This document shows, one piece after another, positions 15,828 to 23,235 of a DNA stretch of 32,000 nt (position 1 is its first letter; every line of letters starts with the position of its first letter). Origin of the DNA: Candidatus Saccharimonadota bacterium (GTDB lineage Archaea > Micrarchaeota > Micrarchaeia > Micrarchaeales > Micrarchaeaceae); the NCBI GenBank assembly GCA_963705375.1, contig OY970071.1:1080001-1112000 (forward strand), given 5' to 3'. The position numbers were made by a program, and so were the translations under genes. The notes under the pieces were generated by a model. It had not been told where the DNA came from. It did not search any database and worked only from the letters and a program-made list of their open reading frames with translations.

Positions 15828-16553
15828 ATGATAAAGAAATTCATATACTATGGAGTTTTCATCGTGGCTGTGGCCATAATAGTATTATTGGCTGCTGGCT
15901 CATCCGTGAGCGGCAACCTGATGGGCAATATTCCTGTAGAAAACGTCACAGTGCCAAGCAACAGTTTCACATATGCCCTGATCAACGCAACCGGTGCGCA
16001 AACTGCGATCGTCAGCGTGATTGCGAGCAGCACGGTTAATATATATGTCTTCAATGCAAGCAACTTCGACCTGTGGATAAGTCACATGACTGGGAATGCC
16101 TCTGCCAACGGGCTTGAATACGCCCAGGCCATATACAATAACGCTAGCCAATTCATATTTGCGAACACACTCATGATGGCACCGGCAAACGTCAGCTTGG
16201 CACTTTCTAATGGCGGACTTTACAACAGAAGTGCGTATGTTGTCGTTGACAACACTAACGGCAGCCCGTCTTCAATCAAAACGGTACGCGCCAGGGTGGT
16301 GTATGTGGTCCTTAACTCTGCAACTACCAAAAAATTCCGTTCGCTTGCCGACAGACAATTGTACATAGGCACCGCATCAGTGCTCATGTTCTTAGCAGGC
16401 GTCATCCTTGTCATATATGGTGCGATGAAGAAGGAGGTGCAGGCCCCTGCAGGTCAAGTTCCTACGGGCAAGAAAGAGGCGAGCAAAGAGTATATAGACT
16501 CTCTGTACAAGAATGTAATCAAGAGAAAACGCGGAGAGAGAAACACCAAGTAG
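15828..16553 (+). CDS. Sequon-rich bitopic membrane/surface protein, unknown family
   Basis: N-terminal signal/anchor (FIYYGVFIVAVAIIVLLAAG), 8 N-x-S/T sequons in the ~170-aa ectodomain, a C-terminal TM (LYIGTASVLMFLAGVILVIYGA) and a K/R-rich tail. ATG 15828 is preferred over TTG 15813. An ATATATAA box lies about 35 nt upstream. Confidence 0.6.
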   Translation: MIKKFIYYGVFIVAVAIIVLLAAGSSVSGNLMGNIPVENVTVPSNSFTYALINATGAQTAIVSVIASSTVNIYVFNASNFDLWISHMTGNASANGLEYAQAIYNNASQFIFANTLMMAPANVSLALSNGGLYNRSAYVVVDNTNGSPSSIKTVRARVVYVVLNSATTKKFRSLADRQLYIGTASVLMFLAGVILVIYGAMKKEVQAPAGQVPTGKKEASKEYIDSLYKNVIKRKRGERNTK

Positions 16554-16574
16554 CTCCAGTTGTTGGTGGTCAAG

Positions 16575-17267
16575 ATGGATGAACTCAGAGAAAAAATAGC
16601 AGGGGAGATAACACTATCATCAAGTCCTGGCAGCACCATGAAGAAATGGCGTGAGATCTTCGGGGTCACGCAGATGGAGCTTGCCAAGAGGATAAAGATA
16701 TCGACATCAACGATAAGCGACTATGAGAGCAACAGGAGGCTCAGTCCTGGCGTCGGCGTGATAAAGCGCTTTGTCGACACGCTGTTCAAGATAGATAGTG
16801 AGCAAGGCGGCACCGTTGTCGGGCAGCTCGCGCAGATGTCTCCACAGAAAGAAGAAAAAGAACCGGTCTATATCATACACGACTTCACTGCGCCAATAAG
16901 CGGCGTTGACTTCAATAGGATAATAGAGGGCAAGGTCGTCGCCAACCCTAATTATCTTGATACGATAAAACTTTTTGGCTACACGCGCCTTGACAGCCTG
17001 CGCGTCATACTGGAGATGTCTCCTTCAGAGTATCCTAAGCTTTTCGGCTCCACGACAGAAAGGGCTTTCATATTCGAGAAGGTGTCGACAGGAAGGTCTC
17101 CTCTGGTCGTGGTCAGGGTAGCGCCCATAAAGCCTAAGGTGGTGGTCATACGCAACATCACCAACGTTGACAAGCTTGCCATAAAGATAGCGCAGGTCGA
17201 GCACATACCTTTGCTCACAACGAAGCTTGATGCTGAAGAGATATACAAACGGCTCGGGAAGCTTTGA
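16575..17267 (+). CDS. XRE-family HTH transcriptional regulator with an archaeal-type C-terminal domain
   Basis: MKKWREIFGVTQMELAKRIKISTSTISDYESNRRLSPG is a canonical Cro/C1 HTH. ATG 16575 is preferred over TTG 16560. The C-terminal ~140 aa is uncharacterised. Confidence 0.7.
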   Translation: MDELREKIAGEITLSSSPGSTMKKWREIFGVTQMELAKRIKISTSTISDYESNRRLSPGVGVIKRFVDTLFKIDSEQGGTVVGQLAQMSPQKEEKEPVYIIHDFTAPISGVDFNRIIEGKVVANPNYLDTIKLFGYTRLDSLRVILEMSPSEYPKLFGSTTERAFIFEKVSTGRSPLVVVRVAPIKPKVVVIRNITNVDKLAIKIAQVEHIPLLTTKLDAEEIYKRLGKL

Positions 17268-17798
17268 CTTCGGTTCTCTTTCCAAGCACGGAGACTGCAT
17301 CATGGTGAAGTGCTAGCTATAGGACGTGCGAGCTTTTGTCTGTGATGCATTCAACTAGTCCAACATAAACAACCCTGGTAGCATGCATTTCCTCTCCCTG
17401 TAAGGAGAATCCGATGATCCAGGATTGATGTCAAAAAAGCATTTGAACAGCAGAATGACCTGCATATCTCCTCTTGGTAATTGGGACTTGAGTGAAGATT
17501 CAGGTTGTGCGCTAACAACCGTTCAGCGATAAAATTAAATACTGAACTATCACTATCCTTTTGTTGCAGTCAGTTCAGTTTAAAGTAGGGTCTGTGTCGG
17601 GTGGGTGCGGTGTTGGCAAATATTGTGCAGAGCGGGGAGTTGGTAAACTTAGCATCAAAGAACCGCAGCACGGCAATGCCTGTCGATGCCAATCCTATAC
17701 TTCTGGCCATCTATAGTTTATTTCTTACCTTGTGCATGTGCTGCCCGAAATGTTCGGAATGCTGTCTTGGCTAGGTTTGTCAACGGGCGCAAGCCGCC

Positions 17799-18464
17799 AT
17801 GGTTGGTGATGGGATGATGTTGGCAAGGGAACAAGTAGGCGAACAGTCGATGCAAACAGAGCTCTTGAAAGGACAGGTCGAAACGCTCCGGTCCGAATGC
17901 ATCGGCGAAACAATCGTTGTGATGTATTTATGGTCAGGGAAACTGCTCGCGGATAAGGGTATGCTTAAGGCGGTGAACGGCTTCTCAAGCATCGAAATTG
18001 TATCAAGTGCAAGCTCAAATACCGGTGAGCAACTCGAATGCAGCGGATCTGCAATCTATACTGTTTCTGGCATAGGCTTGCGCCCTGCCAGAAATAGCAC
18101 TGCGATCTTTTCTGTAAGCGGCGATGGCGCACCGTTTGCAAGTGACATCTCACCCACTGCAATCGTGGTCTATACTGGTATGGAAAATCCACCTCTAGAA
18201 AACCCTCTAGAGTCTGTAAAGAAGATACATTTTGTTGGCCATAATATCGGGATTGTCGAAATACTAAGAGGCAAAGACAGCATATACTGCAATCCATACA
18301 TCGCTACTGGCAACTATGACCTTGCGCAAGAGAGCAGCATAGACAAAGTGGTTTTCAAGAGTTTCGGAAAAGCAGTATTGGACGAACTTGTCCAACAGCG
18401 TAACGACCGGAAAAAAGAGCTGGATGATAAGATTCGCTCATTAAAGTGCATGGTTCGCGACTGA
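17799..18464 (+). CDS. Hypothetical protein (221 aa), start uncertain
   Basis: ORF track only. No motifs recognised. It appears beta-rich with a C-terminal charged helix (QQRNDRKKELDDKIRSLK). It is preceded by a 0.5-kb ORF-free gap. Confidence 0.45.
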   Translation: MVGDGMMLAREQVGEQSMQTELLKGQVETLRSECIGETIVVMYLWSGKLLADKGMLKAVNGFSSIEIVSSASSNTGEQLECSGSAIYTVSGIGLRPARNSTAIFSVSGDGAPFASDISPTAIVVYTGMENPPLENPLESVKKIHFVGHNIGIVEILRGKDSIYCNPYIATGNYDLAQESSIDKVVFKSFGKAVLDELVQQRNDRKKELDDKIRSLKCMVRD

Positions 18465-18623
18465 TTCTGCTACACGACTCCTTTCATTAACCGGCATAAT
18501 CGTCTCCATTTTGGGCCATACGCAAGATATAAAAGCAACGGATGCAAACGTTATCCGGGAATAAGGTCCAGGCCTGCAAAACACATTGCGCAGTCTGGAA
18601 ATCAAGAAAACCAAGTGAAAAAC

Positions 18624-19367
18624 ATGAAAGCATTGATACTTTGCGGAGGTTTTGCGACAAGGCTTGCACCGATAACATATTTCGTACCGAAGCCGCTGCT
18701 CCCAATCGGCATTGCCGGCAAACCTATAGTCGAGTACATAGTGGCTGACCTCATACGTGCAGGAGTACACAAGATGGTCATATCGACAAACGAGAAGTTC
18801 TCGCAACAGTTCGAGTACTGGGTCAAAAGCAGAGTGAATGCGCCAGGGATAGATATACAGCTTGTTGTCGAAAAAGGGAAGCACGACGGCGAGAAGATGG
18901 GCCAGATAAAGGGCATAGCTTACGATATCGAAGAGGCGAACGTAGACTCTGATCTTGTGATCGTTGCTGGTGACAACATATATGACCTCGCAATAAAGGA
19001 CGTCATAGAGCGTTTCAACGAGCACAGGAAGCCAACCGTGGTGCTTTATGACACCAAGTCTTTGCAGGAAGCTTCAAAATTCGGCGTTGTCGAGCTTTCG
19101 GGCGAGAGAATTGTCTCGCTGACCGAAAAGCCTCCTGAGCCAAAGTCGACGCTCGTAAGCACGGGCATATACATACTTCCCAAGGAATCGCTTAATCTGT
19201 TCAAAGAGTATCTTACACAGGAAGGCAACCATCACGACTCGATGGGATACTTCGTGGCGTGGTTGATACACAGGACTGAGGTGTTCGGCTATGTCCACAA
19301 GGGCCGGTGGTACGACATAGGCACCTTGGACACGTACAAGAAGGTCTTCGACGAATACAAGGAATAG
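18624..19367 (+). CDS. Sugar-1-phosphate nucleotidylyltransferase (NTP_transferase family, RmlA/GlmU-N-like)
   Basis: MKALILCGGFATRLAPITYFVPKPLLPIG carries the G-G-x-x-T-R-L...K-P-L signature. ATG 18624 is preferred over GTG 18615. Confidence 0.85.
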   Translation: MKALILCGGFATRLAPITYFVPKPLLPIGIAGKPIVEYIVADLIRAGVHKMVISTNEKFSQQFEYWVKSRVNAPGIDIQLVVEKGKHDGEKMGQIKGIAYDIEEANVDSDLVIVAGDNIYDLAIKDVIERFNEHRKPTVVLYDTKSLQEASKFGVVELSGERIVSLTEKPPEPKSTLVSTGIYILPKESLNLFKEYLTQEGNHHDSMGYFVAWLIHRTEVFGYVHKGRWYDIGTLDTYKKVFDEYKE

Positions 19368-19492
19368 GTGCAAGCTGCTTTGAAATGCGTCTCTTCTTAA
19401 GAGGCTATTTCAATCCAACTTCAGACTTGTGGGGCATTTATACTGCAAACTCTGTAAAGGCATAGGCATAGTCCTGAGGCTCCCGTTCTGTC

Positions 19493-20221
19493 CTATCTTC
19501 CTTTGCCTATTCTGTCTTTCGATATCCCTTCGGCCCTCTCAAGGCTCTCTTGTTTGTCATTGCGGTCGGCAATCTCTGAGCTCTTTTTCCTGTCGTTCTC
19601 TATTGCTGTGTCTATCTGTTGGATGCATGCCTCATCGTCTTGCGCAATTATCATAGTTGCCAACTGAATGCCTAGCTCATTTAATTTCTCAACTTGCTGT
19701 TCCTGCAGCTCTATAAAATATATTTCTTCCAGTCCTTGACGCCTTAATTCATCGAGTTTTGGATCTTTCAGTTCGTCTATCATGCTAACAACAGTCTTGA
19801 ACTCTTCTTTTGCCGCAGCAAACAACGTTCTGTCTAGGCTGAGTGTTGCAATTTTTACTACTGTTGTTGCGATTTCCAGTTGATTGGACAATGCCTGCAC
19901 CTTTTCGGCGTTGGGGTCAAATGTCTGCGCGTTGTTCTCCAATCCCGGAGCTGCACAGCAATTCACACCACACGGGTCAACGTCTGGCAACCCCTCCTGC
20001 GCCGGTTTGCGCAGCATGCTTTTTGCGTAATAGTCTAGGCTTTCAGCAATATCTTTAGGATATGCGCGCGTATTGCCTTTCTGTTCTTCTGTGCAGGCAT
20101 TAGTAATTGTTGTCGGAGCCTTCTGCCCTGCTTCGTGCTTTTGATTTTGCCCGTTAGCCAGATCGTCTTGAGATTGAGGCGGCATATCCTTTTTTCTCTC
20201 AGTCATAGCTCCCCCATACAT
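19493..20221 (-). CDS. Orphan acidic helical protein (242 aa; alternative start ATG 20206)
   Basis: ORF track. No TM, signal peptide or known motif. One CGVNCC cysteine cluster and a long E/Q/K/D-rich C-terminal helix. The ATATATATA box at 20237-20245 is better spaced for ATG 20206. Confidence 0.55.
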   Translation of the reverse strand: MYGGAMTERKKDMPPQSQDDLANGQNQKHEAGQKAPTTITNACTEEQKGNTRAYPKDIAESLDYYAKSMLRKPAQEGLPDVDPCGVNCCAAPGLENNAQTFDPNAEKVQALSNQLEIATTVVKIATLSLDRTLFAAAKEEFKTVVSMIDELKDPKLDELRRQGLEEIYFIELQEQQVEKLNELGIQLATMIIAQDDEACIQQIDTAIENDRKKSSEIADRNDKQESLERAEGISKDRIGKGR

Positions 20222-20494
20222 ACCTCTGCTCCGGAGATATATATACTTGCCATGCGCTCAAAAGCCGGCTGAAACATTTATACGTCTTTGCATTCTGACG
20301 TACGGTGCCGCCCTTCCAGAATGCGGGATGCCTATAGTTGCCTGCGTACAAGCTGAATCAACAATCTGCCTGTGATAGTTCCTGTTTGCGATGAAGACTT
20401 CCGCAATACTAGCAGTTCCTTTGACTTGCCTCCAGAATTCTGAAGACACTGATGCCAGGTCAACATTCACTCTATTTTTCTATTGCTGCCATTT

Positions 20495-21232
20495 TTACGA
20501 AAGAACTTTCGTTTCAATGCCGCGTTTCAGCAATTGGAATATAACGTCAAAGTTACCCATTTCCCTGAACGTTTCGTCGAATCGATCGTTATTTATACGT
20601 GCATCTGCCATGGCGCTCGGCTTCAGTTTTGCTAAATACTCCTGTGCTTCCTTTAGCTGGTCCGTTATCTCGACCAAGACCACCCTTGTATTCAGTGGAG
20701 CGTCTTTAGCGTGTGCATATAGTACTGATATAGATCCCACCAGCTTTTCGTCATACTCTCCTTTCTCGAATTGTCGAATCGTATGTATCAAATCGCCAAC
20801 AAGCTTTGTTTCCAATAATGCACCATTTGACGCTAGTATTTTTTTCTCATTGGCTGCCTTCTCATACGCATCTTGAGGTATAGCAGATTTAGTAAAGGCC
20901 GATCCAGCTATATCCATAAATAAATTATATACGGGCTTTCCATCTACAGATTTATGTCTTTCAAATTCATCAATCGCCTTGCGCGTAGCTTCCGTTGGTT
21001 TTTGCTCCTTTTCAGGTCTGATCCTATTCATTTCGCTCTTCATTCTTTCTGTTTGCGCCATCGCACGCTCATTCACGTCTCTATAATCTTTGATAAAATT
21101 TCGCACTACCCCTAATAGCTCCTCCGCAGATCTTCCATACGTCTTTACTGCCATTGTTGTTTCTGCTGTGAGTGCTCCTTGCGCTGCCGCGCCTTTTGGT
21201 GCTGCCTTTACTGCCCCCTCTACATCACTCAT
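20495..21232 (-). CDS. Orphan helical protein (245 aa)
   Basis: ORF track. ATG start with a TATA-like box (minus-strand TATATAAA, 21263-21270) 31-38 nt upstream. No recognisable family. Confidence 0.6.
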   Translation of the reverse strand: MSDVEGAVKAAPKGAAAQGALTAETTMAVKTYGRSAEELLGVVRNFIKDYRDVNERAMAQTERMKSEMNRIRPEKEQKPTEATRKAIDEFERHKSVDGKPVYNLFMDIAGSAFTKSAIPQDAYEKAANEKKILASNGALLETKLVGDLIHTIRQFEKGEYDEKLVGSISVLYAHAKDAPLNTRVVLVEITDQLKEAQEYLAKLKPSAMADARINNDRFDETFREMGNFDVIFQLLKRGIETKVLS

Positions 21233-21448
21233 GATATCACATTGTGTCCTTTGCCTGCCAGGTTTATATAGTTTTTGGCAGACTCTGTTTCTATGCTATG
21301 CCGAAATAAAGTTACCTAATCAAAACAATCAGGTGCTCTTAAAGATAAACCGTATCAAATAAGCGTGCCGCCATATATGCAAAAGATTGGAGCACGACTG
21401 TTATCTGGTTGCCGCAGCTCCTATGAAGTATATTTAACGCAGAAAGGC

Positions 21449-21460
21449 AATTTCCTGGTT
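21449..21460. repeat. Target-site duplication of the IS, left copy (AATTTCCTGGTT)
   Basis: Identical 12-mer at 22431-22442, immediately flanking the IS termini. Confidence 0.75.
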
Positions 21461-22430
21461 GTGGTATCCTGAATTAATGTCCTCTCTGTAAATCTGGTTC
21501 ACATTCTCATCTCTTATTCTTTTCGTTTTTTCAATTCAAATGCCTTCGCCGGAGACATTTCGAGGGACAGATGATATCTGTTATTGTAGCAAGCAATTGC
21601 TCTGTCAAGATCACCAAAATGTCGCAGAAGCCTCTTCAATGTTCCGAAGAACCTCTCTATTTTACCATTTGATTGCGGTCTCTTAACTTTTGCCATTATG
21701 TGTTCGATTCCGAGGCCCTTCAACTCTTCAGTGAACCTATATTCTCGTTCCTCGTCGACACAAAACTGCGAACCATGATCTGTCATTATTTGTTTTGGGG
21801 TTCCGTACAACTTGATTGCAGACTTCAAGACAAGAATTGCATTATCAGTTGTTGCATTATCAAATAGGCCGTATCCAACAATAAGTCGTGAGGCATCATC
21901 GATGTATGCAATGACCTGTTTGCCGTTTATATCACAGAAATCAGCATGCCAAAGACTGTTGCTGTGTCTTCTCTCATATCTTACCCAACTCTTTCTGCGT
22001 ATTTTCTTATCCACAAACTCAACTTTACCTACCTCTGAAAGTATCTGATGAATTCTGTTATGTGGTATGTGTATTCCTGTTTCGTCTTCTATAACTTTTT
22101 CCATGATAGATGCACACATTGGCTCTTTCTCATATCTGCTCAATATCAGAAGTCTCTGCTCTTCGTCTATCGGAATCTGAGTCCTGCCGCACAACTTCCT
22201 ATACTCGTTACAAACTTTGTACAGTTTCATGTCTCGATATCTTTGTATTATTCTTCGGATGTGCCTTGGCGTCACCTTGTAAAGTATCGAGATTCTGTAT
22301 ACAGACATACCTTCTCTAGAAGACTTGACAATCCACCGGATTTTCCTTTTGTTAAGCTTTCGCATGAAATACCTGTCCTCTCTCGTATCTTTATTTTTTG
22401 ACGAGAGGACATTATTTCGGGATATGACAG
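21461..22430 (-). mobile_element. Intact IS481-like insertion sequence (970 bp)
   Basis: A single HTH + DDE transposase ORF. The 27-bp imperfect terminal inverted repeats begin TGT (21460-21486 versus the reverse complement of 22403-22429, 23/27 identical). A perfect 12-bp direct repeat AATTTCCTGGTT abuts both ends. Confidence 0.75.
21514..22365 (-). CDS. DDE transposase (rve/integrase core, IS481-type) with an N-terminal HTH
   Basis: 283 aa. Catalytic-triad context LWHADFCDI ... IMTDHGSQF ... RPQSNGKIERFFGTLK. The PQ(S/T)NGK(I/V)ERF box is characteristic of IS481-family transposases. Confidence 0.85.
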   Translation of the reverse strand: MRKLNKRKIRWIVKSSREGMSVYRISILYKVTPRHIRRIIQRYRDMKLYKVCNEYRKLCGRTQIPIDEEQRLLILSRYEKEPMCASIMEKVIEDETGIHIPHNRIHQILSEVGKVEFVDKKIRRKSWVRYERRHSNSLWHADFCDINGKQVIAYIDDASRLIVGYGLFDNATTDNAILVLKSAIKLYGTPKQIMTDHGSQFCVDEEREYRFTEELKGLGIEHIMAKVKRPQSNGKIERFFGTLKRLLRHFGDLDRAIACYNNRYHLSLEMSPAKAFELKKRKE

Positions 22431-22442
22431 AATTTCCTGGTT
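22431..22442. repeat. Target-site duplication of the IS, right copy (AATTTCCTGGTT); its last 7 nt also form the left TSD of the adjacent MITE-like element
   Basis: Identical 12-mer at 21449-21460. CCTGGTT recurs at 22710-22716. Confidence 0.75.
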
Positions 22443-22709
22443 AGACTCTGGGACAAAAGTCCTTCTCACTCCTAGATAAGAACCAGAATAGAAAAGGCTA
22501 CTTGCTGTTTTAAGATGCCTTTTGGGTTCACTCGGTCTAAACGGCCTTTTTCTATCGTTCTTTGACGACAGAACGGACATTATTACTGATCCGCCTTGCT
22601 CTGGTCAATATAATTTGGATGCAAAACGATAAAGATTTTGGCAGAGATAATATAGAAGACCTGAAAAGGTAGAGTGCCAAAATAATGGTTGACTTATGTC
22701 CCAGACTCT
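22443..22709. mobile_element. 267-bp non-coding MITE-like element
   Basis: 19-bp terminal inverted repeats AGACTCTGGGACAAAAGTC (22443-22461) and the reverse complement of 22691-22709, AGAGTCTGGGACATAAGTC (17/19 identical). It is flanked by 7-bp direct repeats CCTGGTT (22436-22442 and 22710-22716). No credible ORF. Confidence 0.55.
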
Positions 22710-22785
22710 CCTGGTTAGAAAGTAATATATATCTCCTAAGCGCACGCTTAATTGTACGTTTGGAATATGATGTCATGGCGATGTC

Positions 22786-23103
22786 ATGAAGACTAAGAGC
22801 GAAGTGAACAAAGATTTGCCATTCTTGCTAAGCTCAGATCTGCTTGGAAATCCATACGCTCGACAAGACGCTGCGGCGTATTTACATATTTTGAGAAATG
22901 ATAAAAGGGAAGCTTCTGATGGTCCTGCTTCCTTGCAGATAGAAAAACAGAAAGAAAATACCAATTCAGTAGCGGCAACAAAAAAGATGGATGACCGTCA
23001 AAAAACTGTCACGGACTGGTTGTATGATTTTGTAAGCGATTTGCACAAAGTGGGAAAAGGTCTCGGTGATATGTTGGAGCATATGGCAAAGCAGGCGTAT
23101 TGA
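22786..23103 (+). CDS. Orphan small protein (105 aa)
   Basis: ORF track only. ATG start. Hydrophilic, with no motifs recognised. Co-oriented with the 539-aa gene. Confidence 0.4.
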   Translation: MKTKSEVNKDLPFLLSSDLLGNPYARQDAAAYLHILRNDKREASDGPASLQIEKQKENTNSVAATKKMDDRQKTVTDWLYDFVSDLHKVGKGLGDMLEHMAKQAY

Positions 23104-23235
23104 GTTGTTTGCCATTGAATAGCCACAATAGGACTATGCTTTTATCTTCCGGTGCTGAAATGCTCGGCCCGTATAGATGCGTGCACGCGCTAGGTATAAA
23201 TACTGTTGTAGTATATTATTTTTCGGTGCACGTGC

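Noticed and set aside
17411-17430. Possible C/D-box sRNA (CCGATGATCC...GATTGATG) in the 0.5-kb gap
   Set aside because: There is no exact RUGAUGA C box paired with CUGA D boxes at the right spacing, and no terminal stem.
17588-17637. G-rich stretch as a G-quadruplex
   Set aside because: Only three closely spaced GGG runs are present, and the fourth (GGGG at 17634) is about 28 nt away. This is too weak to call.
20258-20470. 70-aa minus-strand ORF between the two orphan genes of the island
   Set aside because: It has a GTG start, no upstream promoter-like box, an unremarkable composition and no motif. It could be real, but nothing in the sequence supports it.
22443-22709. Reading TGTCCC-AGACTCT-GGGACA as attL/attR halves of a site-specific recombination event
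   Set aside because: The 19-bp terminal inverted repeats plus the flanking 7-bp direct repeats fit a transposon-type (TIR + TSD) insertion more simply. The nearest recombinase is 20 kb away and associated with a tRNA att site.
22272-22776. 102-aa and 74-aa minus-strand ORFs (22272-22580 and 22552-22776)
   Set aside because: They run across the IS terminus, the TSD and the MITE-like element, so they are chimeric frames created by the insertions rather than genes.
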